Assembly (NCBI GenBank): GCA_044378015.1
Contig: JBILXZ010000016.1
Span: 1,771-65,770, forward strand
DNA length: 64,000 nucleotides
Source of the DNA: Tagaea sp.
GTDB lineage: Bacteria > Pseudomonadota > Alphaproteobacteria > CACIAM-22H2
Direction of reading: 5' to 3'
Shown: positions 36,380 through 46,045 of the stretch, in pieces
Layout: each line of letters begins with the position of its first letter
Numbering within the stretch: position 1 is the stretch's first letter
Position numbers and translations under genes: made by a program
The notes under the pieces: model-generated
What the model was told of the DNA's origin: nothing
Databases searched by the model: none
What the model saw: only the letters and a program-made list of their open reading frames with translations

Positions 36380-37530
36380 TCGAGATCGCCCAACTCTTCG
36401 CGCACGGCAGCGAACGCGCCGTTGACCGCCGGCACGCCCGCATAGACGGCAGCATGCATCAACAGCGCCCGCAGTTCGGCGGGCGTCACGCCGTTCTTGA
36501 GGGCCGGGCGCAAATGCAGCCTGAATTCGGCTTCGCGACCCAAGGCAACCATCATGGCCAGCGTCACCAGCGAGCGCGTCTTGAACGGCAGCGTGGCGTC
36601 GCCCCACATTTCGCCCCAGGCGATGCGCGTTATGAAATCCTGCCACGGCTGGCCGAAAGACCCGGCCTTTTCGATCGAGCGCTGAACATGGTCCACGCCG
36701 AGCACGGCCTTGCGGTTGGCAAGGCCGGATGCGAACGGCGCATCGGCGCGCGATTGCGCCGACGGCAGAAATTCGAGCAGCAATCCGGCCGTTTCGTCCG
36801 CACGTTCGATCGCGAACAGATGGGCGGCGTCCGCAACGGCCGCGAATTTCGCCCCCGCAATGGCGGCGGCAAGGGTCTGGCCCATCGCGACCGTCGTGAC
36901 GGGATCCCGCGTTGCCGCGGCAACCAAAGTCGGCGCTTGGATCTGCGAGAGCTGTGCGCCGAGATCGGCATGTGCGATCGCCTCGCACGCCGCTGCATAT
37001 CCGTGCGCGTCCATGGCGAGGATGCGCGAGCGGTTGAGAGCGACCGTCGCCGGAGCGGCTGCGGGGCTGAACCAGCGCTGCAGCACGGCATCGACGATGG
37101 CTTCGAGCCCTTCCTCGCGCACGGTTTTGGCGCGCGCGAGCCAGCCCTCGGCCGGGGGCAGCGCCGATGCGGTGGCGAACAGCGCCAGATGCCCCGTGCG
37201 CGCGGGGTAGCGGCTCGCGAAATCCTGCGCGACCATGCCGCCCATCGACAGGCCCACGATATGCGCCTGTCCGACATCGAGCCGGTCGAGTAGCTGAGCA
37301 AGATCGTCGGTGTAGTCGCGAAGGCTCGCAGGACCTGCCTGATGCGCCGAGCGCCCGTGGCCGCGCGCATCGTAGCGCAGACAGCGATAGTGGGGTGCGA
37401 GTGCCCGCACCACGCCGTCCCACATTTCGACGGTCGCGCCCAGCGAGTTCGAAAACGCAACGACAGGGGCCGCATGCGGCCCCGTGACGTCGTAGAAAAT
37501 CTTTTGCCCGTTCAGTTCCGCGATCGGCAT
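36376..37530 (-). CDS. pcaD: Fused 3-oxoadipate enol-lactonase / 4-carboxymuconolactone decarboxylase (PcaD-PcaC, PcaL type)
   Basis: FSNSLGAT, YDARGHG, GLSMGG, then GLANRKAVLG...AWGEMW...RSLVTL...YAGVP. Confidence 0.88.
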   Translation of the reverse strand: MPIAELNGQKIFYDVTGPHAAPVVAFSNSLGATVEMWDGVVRALAPHYRCLRYDARGHGRSAHQAGPASLRDYTDDLAQLLDRLDVGQAHIVGLSMGGMVAQDFASRYPARTGHLALFATASALPPAEGWLARAKTVREEGLEAIVDAVLQRWFSPAAAPATVALNRSRILAMDAHGYAAACEAIAHADLGAQLSQIQAPTLVAAATRDPVTTVAMGQTLAAAIAGAKFAAVADAAHLFAIERADETAGLLLEFLPSAQSRADAPFASGLANRKAVLGVDHVQRSIEKAGSFGQPWQDFITRIAWGEMWGDATLPFKTRSLVTLAMMVALGREAEFRLHLRPALKNGVTPAELRALLMHAAVYAGVPAVNGAFAAVREELGDLE

Positions 37531-37538
37531 GGACGCCA

Positions 37539-38903
37539 CTATGCGCGGGCGACAAGACGCGCTGCAAGTGCATCCGCAGCCGACGCCACCGGCGCGACCC
37601 ATGCGGCCGCAGCGGCGACGGCCGCGTTCGGGTCGAACGCCGCAGCGAGGGCCTCGGCGGCAAGGCCCGTATCGGCGCCGGCAAGAACGGCATGCAAGTC
37701 GCGGCCGCCCGCGCGCACCTCGTCGGCGGCGCGTTCGACCAGCGCGTGCGCCGCCGCCCGACCGAGACGGGGTGCGAGCAGCGAAGCCGCTGCATCCGCA
37801 AACACGAGGCCGCGCGTGGCACCGATATTGCGCGCCATCGCCGGCGCATCGACCGCCAGCCCCTCGGCCAGCAGACGCGCGTGCGCAAGCGCGCCGCCAG
37901 AACAGCCGAACAGCGCCGCCACCGCATGCCACTCGGCATGCCAGGCCCCCGCCGGCCGCTCGTGCGCGGCGACAAGACTTGCCGCAAGGCCCGCCGCAAG
38001 GCCCGAGGCCGCCTGCGCGTTGGCGAGGATCGCGGTTGCGGCGACCGGATTGCGCTTGTGCGGCATGGCGGTGGAGCCGCCGCGCCCATCGACATGCGGT
38101 TCGCTTGCTTCGCCGATTTCGCTCGACGCCAGGGCTACGACATCGCCCGCCATTTTGGCGAGCGTGCCCGCCAGCGTGGCGAGCCACTGCCCCGCTTCGA
38201 CGATGCCGGCACGGCGCGTGTGCCAGGCGATGGCCGGCGCGCCAAGCCCGAGTTCGCGCGCGAAGTCTGCCAAAACAGCGGGTCCGTGCGCGCCCAGCGA
38301 GGCGAGCGTGCCCACCGGCCCGCCCAACTGCGCGCGGCATGCGGCATCGCGGCGGGCCTCGAGTCCGCTTGCCGCATCGGCGATGCCCGCAAGCCATACG
38401 GCGACTTTGAAGCCGAAAGAAATCGGCGCGGCATGCTGGCCGTAGCTGCGCGCGATGCAAGGCGTGTACGCATGGCGCCGCGCAAGCGCGGCAAGGCCAC
38501 GCAGCACGGCGGCAAGATCGACCGCCAGCAGATCGAACGCGACCGCCATCTGCAACGCCAAGCCCGTGTCGAGAATGTCCTGCGACGTCGCCCCTTTGTG
38601 CAGATCGGCTGCGAATTCGGCGGGCAGCAGCTTCTGCAACGCCTTCACGAACGCGATCGTCGGCACGCCGGCAAGGGCCGTGCCGGCCGCCAGCGCCGAC
38701 TTGTCGAATGCCGTCGGCGACACGGCTTCGATCGCCTCGGCAAGGCCGACGGGAACCAAACCGACGCGCGCTTGGGCCCGCGCGAGCGCCGCTTCGGCGC
38801 GCAACATCGCCGCGAGCAACGCCTCGTCGGCGAACGTCGCGGCCATCGCAGGCGGCGCGAAAAGGGGGCCGAATATCTCGGAATCGAGCGGCGAAAAACT
38901 CAT
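37539..38903 (-). CDS. pcaB: 3-carboxy-cis,cis-muconate cycloisomerase
   Basis: HKGATSQDILDT, QHAAPISFG, QLGGPVGT, GSTAMPHKRNP, HERPAGAWHAEW. Confidence 0.88.
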   Translation of the reverse strand: MSFSPLDSEIFGPLFAPPAMAATFADEALLAAMLRAEAALARAQARVGLVPVGLAEAIEAVSPTAFDKSALAAGTALAGVPTIAFVKALQKLLPAEFAADLHKGATSQDILDTGLALQMAVAFDLLAVDLAAVLRGLAALARRHAYTPCIARSYGQHAAPISFGFKVAVWLAGIADAASGLEARRDAACRAQLGGPVGTLASLGAHGPAVLADFARELGLGAPAIAWHTRRAGIVEAGQWLATLAGTLAKMAGDVVALASSEIGEASEPHVDGRGGSTAMPHKRNPVAATAILANAQAASGLAAGLAASLVAAHERPAGAWHAEWHAVAALFGCSGGALAHARLLAEGLAVDAPAMARNIGATRGLVFADAAASLLAPRLGRAAAHALVERAADEVRAGGRDLHAVLAGADTGLAAEALAAAFDPNAAVAAAAAWVAPVASAADALAARLVARA

Positions 38904-39004
38904 CTTGTCCGCGATTTTAGACGGTTCGGCGCGCCGCGCAATCGTTGCCCTGGTACTGACGTCGTGCGATGCTCGTTTTCGGCATGAAAAGAGGGGGAAC
39001 ACGC

Positions 39005-40180
39005 ATGCGCATTCGCCAGCTGCGGGCATTCATGACACGCGACAAGGACCGCCCGCGCGTGCTGGTCGCCATCGATACCGACGAAGGCATCACCGGCTGG
39101 GGCGAGTGCTACAACCACGGGCCCGACCGCGCGCTGATCCCGCTGCTCGACTACCTCGCGATCTTTCTCGCAGGCCAGGATCCGCGCCGCATCGAACATC
39201 TGATCCTCTATCTCCTGCAGCAAAGCCGCTTCCCGCCCGGCGCTTTGGGCCTCGCCGCGATTTCGGCGATCGACCATTGCCTGTGGGACATTTCGGCCAA
39301 AGCGCTCGGCGTGCCGGTCTACAGGCTGCTCGGCGGCGAGGTGCGCGACCGCGTCCAGGTCTATGCGGGCGTCTACACGGCCCCCGACCCGCTGATCGCG
39401 CGCGACGCGTTCGATGCGCTTGCGGGCGAATGGGGCATCACGGCATTCAAGCTCAGCCCCTACCGCGGCGACATCCATCGCCAGCGCTGGGGCGACGTGG
39501 TGCGGACGAGTGCCGCATATTTCGCGGCGCTGCGCGAAACCGTTCGCGCCGACTACGAAATTGCGTTCGACGCGCACGCCAAGCTCTTCGAGCCCGTGCA
39601 GGCCATGCAGCTCGGCAACGCGCTCGCCCCCTACGATCCGCTGTTCTTCGAAGAGCCGATCCGGCCCGAGAACTTCGAAGCCTGGGGCGCGCTCAAAGCG
39701 CGGCTCGACTGCCCGCTTGCGACCGGCGAATGCCTCTACAGCCGCTTCGAGTTTCTGCGCCTTCTGCAGGTACGCGGGGCCGACATCATCCAGCCGGACA
39801 TCTGCGTGGTCGGCGGCCTGCTCGAAATGCGCAAGATCGCCGCGATCGCCGAGGCGCACTACGTGACCGTGGCCCCGCACAACCCGATGGGTCCGCTCGC
39901 CACGGCCGTGAACGTGCATTTCAGCGCCGCCCAGCCCAATTTCAAGATCCTCGAATATCGCCTGCCGCACGGCGCCAACTACGACGACAAAAACCCCGAC
40001 CGGCTCGGCGCGCCTTACGTGCGCGATCCGTATCTGCCGAAAGACGGGCATCTCGAACTGCGGCCCGACCGGCCGGGCTGGGGCGTCGAGATCGACGAAG
40101 ACGTGCTGAAGCGCGACGGCTACATCCACTGGCAGCGCAAAGTGCCGACCAAGCCTGACGGCAGCAGCGGCTACGTCTAG
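39005..40180 (+). CDS. Mandelate racemase/muconate lactonizing enzyme family, D-galactonate dehydratase (DgoD)-like
   Basis: TDEGITGWGE, AIDHCLWDI, AFDAHA, FFEEP, ATGE, QPD, APHNP. Confidence 0.82.
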   Translation: MRIRQLRAFMTRDKDRPRVLVAIDTDEGITGWGECYNHGPDRALIPLLDYLAIFLAGQDPRRIEHLILYLLQQSRFPPGALGLAAISAIDHCLWDISAKALGVPVYRLLGGEVRDRVQVYAGVYTAPDPLIARDAFDALAGEWGITAFKLSPYRGDIHRQRWGDVVRTSAAYFAALRETVRADYEIAFDAHAKLFEPVQAMQLGNALAPYDPLFFEEPIRPENFEAWGALKARLDCPLATGECLYSRFEFLRLLQVRGADIIQPDICVVGGLLEMRKIAAIAEAHYVTVAPHNPMGPLATAVNVHFSAAQPNFKILEYRLPHGANYDDKNPDRLGAPYVRDPYLPKDGHLELRPDRPGWGVEIDEDVLKRDGYIHWQRKVPTKPDGSSGYV

Positions 40181-40903
40181 CTAGCGACCGCGCTGTTTGC
40201 GCCACGCCTCGAAATCGGTTTTCGACCGTTCGTCGGTCGGCGGATAGAGGCCGACGGTCGAGCGGCCCTCCACCACCTTCTCGACCACGAAATCCTCGAA
40301 CGCCGTCATTTCGACGGCTTCGAGCGCGATTTCGTCGGCGAGCGCGGCCGGGATCACGACCACGCCCTCGCGGTCGCCGACCACGACGTCGCCGGGCCAC
40401 ACCGGCGCGTCGCCGCAGCCGATCGGCACGTTGCTTTCGACCGCCTGGTGGAGCGTGAGATTGGCCGGCGCCGACGGGCGATTGTGGTAGGCCGGAAAAG
40501 GCAGCGCGGCGATTTCCGGCGAATCGCGAAAGCCGCCGTCGGTCACGACGCCGGCCACGCCGCGCACCATGAGCCGCGTGACGAGAATGCCGCCTGCGGA
40601 AGCCGCGCGCGCATCCTTGCGGCTGTCGACCACCAGCACGGCACCCTTGGGGCATTCTTCGATCGCGACGCGCTGCGGGTGTTTGCGGTCGAGAAAGGCG
40701 GAAATCGGGTTGAGGTCTTCGCGCGCCGGGATATAGCGCAGCGTGTAGGCCTCGCCGACCATGTTCGGCAGGTTGCCGTTCAGGGGCCGCACATCCTGGA
40801 CGAACTGGCCGCGCAGGCCGCGCTTGAACAAAGCCGTGCACAAAGTTGCGACGCTGACCTGCATCAGCTTCGCGCGCGTCGATTCCGAGAGTTTCGGCGA
40901 CAT
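40181..40903 (-). CDS. RraA-like / HMG-CHA aldolase family protein
   Basis: MVGEAYTLR, AGGIL, VVTDGGFRD, VWPGDVVVGDREGVVVIP. Confidence 0.8.
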   Translation of the reverse strand: MSPKLSESTRAKLMQVSVATLCTALFKRGLRGQFVQDVRPLNGNLPNMVGEAYTLRYIPAREDLNPISAFLDRKHPQRVAIEECPKGAVLVVDSRKDARAASAGGILVTRLMVRGVAGVVTDGGFRDSPEIAALPFPAYHNRPSAPANLTLHQAVESNVPIGCGDAPVWPGDVVVGDREGVVVIPAALADEIALEAVEMTAFEDFVVEKVVEGRSTVGLYPPTDERSKTDFEAWRKQRGR

Positions 40904-40906
40904 GTC

Positions 40907-42130
40907 TCAGTCCTTCGGAAAATAGACGCCGCGCTTGAGGCGCGTTTGCACGTAGACCTGCTCGTCGTAGGTGCCCTCGGCATAGGCCCCGCTTTTCGCC
41001 GCGCCCGGGATCGAGACGTTGCATTCGCTCGGATGCCGCTTGACGAAAGCTTCGTCGATGTCGACGCCGAGCCCCGGCGCGTCCGGAACCTTCAGAAAGC
41101 CGTTTTCCTGCAGCGGATGCGGCACGACGGTCTGCGCGCGGCCCGCCCAGTCGTCTTCGATGCGCTCGAGGATCAGGCCGTTCGGGATCGCCGCCAGCAC
41201 GTGCAGAGCGGCGTATTCGGCGACGGGCCCCAGCGAGCCCGAATGCGGCGCCATCATGATGTGGTGCGCTTCGGCCTGCGCCGCGATCTTTTTCATCTGC
41301 GTGATGCCGCCGGCCCGGCCCGTATCCGGCTGCACGACGTCGACGAGATCCTTTTCGATGAGCTCGCGCAGCCCGAAGATCGTCGCCATGCGCTCGCCCG
41401 CCGCAAGCGCGACGTTGGCCGATTCGCGGATGCGCCGGTAGCCGTCGAGGTTTTCGGGCGCTATCGGATCCTCGACGAACATCAGCCGGTAGGGCTCGAG
41501 CGCGCGCGCGACTTGCGCGGCGTCTGCGGGCGTCAGCCACGGTGGTCCGTGCAGATCGACCATCAGATCCATCTCCTCGCCGATGGCCTCGCGCAGCATC
41601 GCGACCTTGCGCACGGGGTCCGACACGCCGCCGCATTTGATCGCCGTAATGCCGCGCTTCTTGAGCGACAGCGCAACCTCGGCCGTGTTGGCGTGCGCGT
41701 AGATCCGGACGCGGTCGCGGATCTTGCCGCCGAGCAGGTTCCAGACGGGCGTGCCGAGCGCCTTGCCCTTGATGTCCCACAGCGCCATGTCGATTCCGGT
41801 CATGGCGCCGCCGCCGACCGTGCCGGCCATGCCGTGGCCCATGATCGCGCACATCATTTTCTGCCAAAGCCGCTCGATATGCGTGGGATCCTCGCCGACC
41901 AGGATCGATTTGAGATCCTGCACCGCCGTCTGGATCACGCGCGGCCAGCCGCTGCATTCGCCGATCCCGACGATGCCCTCGTCGGTATGCACCTTCACGA
42001 ACAGCCAGTTGCGCGTGCCCACGAGGCCCTGGCGCGTGGCTGTCGTGCCGAACGACCCGTCCGACGCCCACCCGCGCAGATTGGGCGCGTCGACCTGCAT
42101 CAGAAACGTTTCGATGTCGACGATGCGCAA
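40907..42130 (-). CDS. Mandelate racemase family sugar-acid dehydratase (second DgoD-like enzyme)
   Basis: TDEGIVGIGE, GIDMALWDI, MVDLHG, FVEDP, AAGER, QPD, APHS; TTG start with GGGAGAG RBS. Confidence 0.82.
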   Translation of the reverse strand: MRIVDIETFLMQVDAPNLRGWASDGSFGTTATRQGLVGTRNWLFVKVHTDEGIVGIGECSGWPRVIQTAVQDLKSILVGEDPTHIERLWQKMMCAIMGHGMAGTVGGGAMTGIDMALWDIKGKALGTPVWNLLGGKIRDRVRIYAHANTAEVALSLKKRGITAIKCGGVSDPVRKVAMLREAIGEEMDLMVDLHGPPWLTPADAAQVARALEPYRLMFVEDPIAPENLDGYRRIRESANVALAAGERMATIFGLRELIEKDLVDVVQPDTGRAGGITQMKKIAAQAEAHHIMMAPHSGSLGPVAEYAALHVLAAIPNGLILERIEDDWAGRAQTVVPHPLQENGFLKVPDAPGLGVDIDEAFVKRHPSECNVSIPGAAKSGAYAEGTYDEQVYVQTRLKRGVYFPKD

Positions 42131-42152
42131 AAGAAACTCTCCCTTGGCCGAG

Positions 42153-43850
42153 CTAGCCCGCGTAGCGGAAACGTTTGTGGATGCTGCGCGCGCGCGGATC
42201 GGGGCGCGGAATGGCCGAGAGCAGCGCCTTGGTGTAGGCGTGCGCCGGCGCGTCGCAGACTTGGTCGGCCGACCCCGTTTCGACCACGCGCCCGCGATAC
42301 ATGACGGCCACGCGGTCGCACATGTAGCGGATCACGCCGATGTCGTGGCTGATGAACACGTAGGAGAGGCCGAGCTCGTCCTGGAGGTTCATCATGAGGT
42401 CGAGCATCTGCGAGCGGATCGACACGTCGAGCGCGGAAGTCGCCTCGTCGGCCACGATCACGCGCGGGCGCAGCGAAATCGCGCGCGCAATGCCGATGCG
42501 CTGGCGTTGGCCGCCCGAGAAAGCGTGTGGATAGCGTTCGCGCCAAGCGGGATCGAGGCCGACCTGTTTGAGCAGCGCCGCGACCCGGTCGTCGAGATCG
42601 CTGCCCGTGGCGATCCCGTTCACATAGAGCGGCTCGCCCACGATCTGGGCCACGGTCATGCGCGGATTGAGCGAACCGACCGGGTCCTGGAAAATCATGC
42701 GGATTTCGCGGCGCGCGGCCTTCAGCGCCTCGCCCTCGGCCGCGACGAGATCGACGACCGTGCCGTCGGCGCGGCGGTAGGCGATCGACCCGCCGTTGGG
42801 ATTGTAGACGCGCAGCAGGCAGCGCCCCATCGTCGTCTTGCCCGAGCCGGACTCGCCGACGATGCCGAGCGTCTCGCCGGGCTTCACCGAAAGCGACACG
42901 TCGTCGACCGCTTTTAGCGGTGCGGCAGGCTTGCCGAAATACATGCGCAGTCCCTTGACCTCGATCACGGGCTTGGCGTCTTCGGCGATGGGCGCCCGCC
43001 GCAACCGTATCTCGGCTTTCTGCTCGAGCCGCAGCACCGAGCCGATCAGCATGCGCGTGTAGTCGTTCTCCGGCGCGTGGAAAATGCGGTCCACGGGGCC
43101 GGTTTCGGCGACCTTGCCGTGGTACATGACCAGCACGTCGTCGGCGATTTCGGCGACCACGCCCATGTCGTGCGTAATGAAGATCACGGCCATGCCGAGA
43201 TCGGTCTGCAGCCGCTTTATGAGATCGAGGATTTCTGCCTGAGTCGTCACGTCGAGCGCGGTCGTCGGCTCGTCGGCAATCAGCAGCAGCGGATTGCAGG
43301 CAAGCGCCATCGCGATCATCACGCGTTGGCGCATGCCGCCCGAAAACTCGAACGTGTAGCGGTCGATCGCCTTGTCGGGATTCGGGATCTCGACCTGCTT
43401 CAGCAACTCGACCGTGCGCGCGCGCGCCGCGCGCTTGTCCATGCGCAGATGCAGGCGCAGCACTTCCATGATCTGGTCGCCGACCGTGTGCACGGGCGAC
43501 AGGGACGACATCGGCTCCTGGAAGATCATCGCGATGTCGGCGCCGCGCACGTCGCGGATGGCGCGGCTGCGCGGATCGAGCGCAGCGAGATCGGTGACGC
43601 TGCCGTCGCGGCGGCGCAGCTTCATGGCGCCCGCGACGATGCGGCCGGGCTGGTCCACGATCTGGAGGATCGAGCGCGCGGTCACGCTCTTGCCGCTGCC
43701 GCTTTCGCCGACGATGCACAGGGTCTTGCCGCGCGCGACTTTGAAAGAGACGCCGTCCACGGCCTTCACGATTCCGGTGCGCGTCGCGAAATGCGTGACG
43801 AGCCCTTGGACCTCAAGCATCGTTTCGCTCGATGGGGGCATCGCGTTCAC
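42153..43850 (-). CDS. Fused tandem ABC ATPase (DppD-DppF type)
   Basis: Two Walker A motifs ([16 protein letters not shown]) and two signatures ([16 protein letters not shown]); GTG start overlaps the upstream TGA (alternative ATG at 43841). Confidence 0.88.
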   Translation of the reverse strand: MNAMPPSSETMLEVQGLVTHFATRTGIVKAVDGVSFKVARGKTLCIVGESGSGKSVTARSILQIVDQPGRIVAGAMKLRRRDGSVTDLAALDPRSRAIRDVRGADIAMIFQEPMSSLSPVHTVGDQIMEVLRLHLRMDKRAARARTVELLKQVEIPNPDKAIDRYTFEFSGGMRQRVMIAMALACNPLLLIADEPTTALDVTTQAEILDLIKRLQTDLGMAVIFITHDMGVVAEIADDVLVMYHGKVAETGPVDRIFHAPENDYTRMLIGSVLRLEQKAEIRLRRAPIAEDAKPVIEVKGLRMYFGKPAAPLKAVDDVSLSVKPGETLGIVGESGSGKTTMGRCLLRVYNPNGGSIAYRRADGTVVDLVAAEGEALKAARREIRMIFQDPVGSLNPRMTVAQIVGEPLYVNGIATGSDLDDRVAALLKQVGLDPAWRERYPHAFSGGQRQRIGIARAISLRPRVIVADEATSALDVSIRSQMLDLMMNLQDELGLSYVFISHDIGVIRYMCDRVAVMYRGRVVETGSADQVCDAPAHAYTKALLSAIPRPDPRARSIHKRFRYAG

Positions 43851-44968
43851 TTGTTGTAGGGGTCGGCTGCGTCGCGCAAGCCGTCGCCGAGGAAATTGAG
43901 CGCCATCACCGCGACGACGACGGCGGCACCGGGGGCGAACAGCCACGGGGCGGTCGCGATCGAGCGGATATTCTGCGCTTCGCGCAGCAAAACGCCCCAC
44001 GAGATCGTCGGCGGCTGCAGCCCGAGCCCAAGGAACGACAGCGACGTCTCGGCAAGGATCATCGCCGGGATCGCCAGCGTGATGCTCGCGATGATGTGGC
44101 TCATGAAGCTCGGCAACATATGGCGGAAGATGACGCGCCCTTCCGATGCGCCGTCGAGCCTCGCCGCCACGACGAATTCTTCGGTGCGCAGGCTCAAGAA
44201 GCGGCCGCGCACGACGCGCGCGAGTTGCGCCCAGCCGGTCAGCGACAGAATGACCGTGATCATGAAATATTGCGTGGTCGCCGGCCAGTCCTGCGGCAAG
44301 GCCGCCGCCAACGCGAGCCAGATCGGGATCGACGGCAGCGACAGGATGAATTCGATCACGCGTTGGATCGCGAAATCGATCTTGCCGCCGAAATAGCCGG
44401 AGATGCCCCCCAGAACCACGCCGATGGTCAGTGACAAAAACACGCCGACCAATCCCAGCGACAGCGAGATCTGTGCGCCCTGCATGATGCGGCTGTAGAC
44501 GCAGCGTCCGAGCCGGTCGGCGCCCAGCAGAAACAGTGGTTGGCGCGCGTCGCTCGACGCGAAGAGATGCCGGTCGGTCGGGAACAGGGCGAACAGATTG
44601 TACTCGTAGCCTTTGCCGAAGATTTCGAGCGGGATCTTGCGGGTCGTATCCTCGACATAGACGGCCGCGAGCGTGACCGGATCGCGGCGCAGCGTGTAGG
44701 GATGGAAATAGGGCCGGAACGCGAAGCCGTCGTCGGTATCGAAGAAATGCACGGTCTGCGGCGGGTGGAAAGAGGCGCGCGCGTTCTGGCGCACGGGATC
44801 GTTCACGGCGAAAAAGCCCGGGATCGCCGCCACGAGATAGAGGACGGCCACCACCACAAGACCCACCATCGCGAGACGATGGCGCTTGAACGCCCACCAC
44901 AGCAATTGCCATTGCGAGGCGACGGCCATCTGCTTGGCATCGACCGTCCCTTCTGCCAGCGCCGCCAT
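43847..44968 (-). CDS. Family-5 ABC transporter permease (OppC-like)
   Basis: LLGADRLGRC, FVVAARLDG, HMLP, ETSLSFLG, SWGVLL. Confidence 0.88.
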   Translation of the reverse strand: MAALAEGTVDAKQMAVASQWQLLWWAFKRHRLAMVGLVVVAVLYLVAAIPGFFAVNDPVRQNARASFHPPQTVHFFDTDDGFAFRPYFHPYTLRRDPVTLAAVYVEDTTRKIPLEIFGKGYEYNLFALFPTDRHLFASSDARQPLFLLGADRLGRCVYSRIMQGAQISLSLGLVGVFLSLTIGVVLGGISGYFGGKIDFAIQRVIEFILSLPSIPIWLALAAALPQDWPATTQYFMITVILSLTGWAQLARVVRGRFLSLRTEEFVVAARLDGASEGRVIFRHMLPSFMSHIIASITLAIPAMILAETSLSFLGLGLQPPTISWGVLLREAQNIRSIATAPWLFAPGAAVVVAVMALNFLGDGLRDAADPYNK

Positions 44969-44971
44969 CGC

Positions 44972-45958
44972 CTACTCCAGCCGGATGCGCGGATCGACGA
45001 GCGCCAGCAGAATGTCGCTGACGAGCGAACCCAGAAGCGTCAATGCGCAGATCAGCAGCACGAAAGCGCCGGCCAAATACATGTCCTGGCTCATAAGCGA
45101 TTGCAGCAGCATGGGGCCTGCGGTCGGCAAGCTCAGCACGATCGCCACGATGACCGAGCCCGAGACGAGATTGGGCAAGAGCCATGCGATCGTCGAGATG
45201 AACGGATTGAGCGCCACGCGCAGCGGGTATTTGACCAGCAGCGCGAATTCGGAAAGCCCCTTCGCGCGCGCCGTCGTGACATAGGGCTTGTTGAGCTCGT
45301 CGAGCATGTTGGCGCGCATCACGCGGATGAGGCTGGCCGTGCCGGACACGGCGAGGATCACGACCGGGACCCACAGATGCGCGAGCAGATCGAGCACCTT
45401 GCCGAAGCTCCAAGGCGCCGCGACGTAGGGCTCGGAAAACAGACCGCCCACGTCCTGGCCGAATTGGACGGCCGCCACGTACATGAGCACGAGCGCGAGT
45501 AGGAAGCTCGGAATCGCGAGCCCGAGGAAACTGAAGAACGTCGCGACGTAGTCGCCGACCGAGTATTTTTTGACCGCGGAGAACACGCCGATCGGAAGCG
45601 CGAGCCCCCAGGTCAGCAGCAGCGTCGAAACCGTCAGCAGCAGGGTGAGCGTCATGCGCTCCCAGATGAGTTCCGAGACCGGCTGCTGCCACTCGAAGCT
45701 CAGGCCGAAATTGCCCTCGGTCACGATGCCGAATATCCATTTGAAGTACTGCACGACCATCGGCTGGTCGAGGCCGAAGCGCGCGCGCAAGTCGGCGGCC
45801 GTGTTCTGGTCGACGATTTCGTTGGAGGCGGCAAGCGTGGCGATGTAGGTCGTGACGTAGTCGCCCGGCGGCAGTTCGATGAGCACGAACGACAGAAAAC
45901 TCAGCGCGATAAGCGAAGGGACCATCCACAAGAGACGCGAGACGATGAACCGCAGCAT
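44972..45958 (-). CDS. Family-5 ABC transporter permease (OppB-like)
   Basis: LPPGDY, FGLDQP, YVTTARAKG, LSLPTAG; start trimmed to MLRFIVS. Confidence 0.88.
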   Translation of the reverse strand: MLRFIVSRLLWMVPSLIALSFLSFVLIELPPGDYVTTYIATLAASNEIVDQNTAADLRARFGLDQPMVVQYFKWIFGIVTEGNFGLSFEWQQPVSELIWERMTLTLLLTVSTLLLTWGLALPIGVFSAVKKYSVGDYVATFFSFLGLAIPSFLLALVLMYVAAVQFGQDVGGLFSEPYVAAPWSFGKVLDLLAHLWVPVVILAVSGTASLIRVMRANMLDELNKPYVTTARAKGLSEFALLVKYPLRVALNPFISTIAWLLPNLVSGSVIVAIVLSLPTAGPMLLQSLMSQDMYLAGAFVLLICALTLLGSLVSDILLALVDPRIRLE

Positions 45959-46045
45959 GCTCGTTCGGGTTTCCGCTGGCTGAGGGGGAAGGCGGCGGCC
46001 GGCGCTGCCCTCTCGCAAGGGCGGCCGGCCGCGCGACCCATGGCT

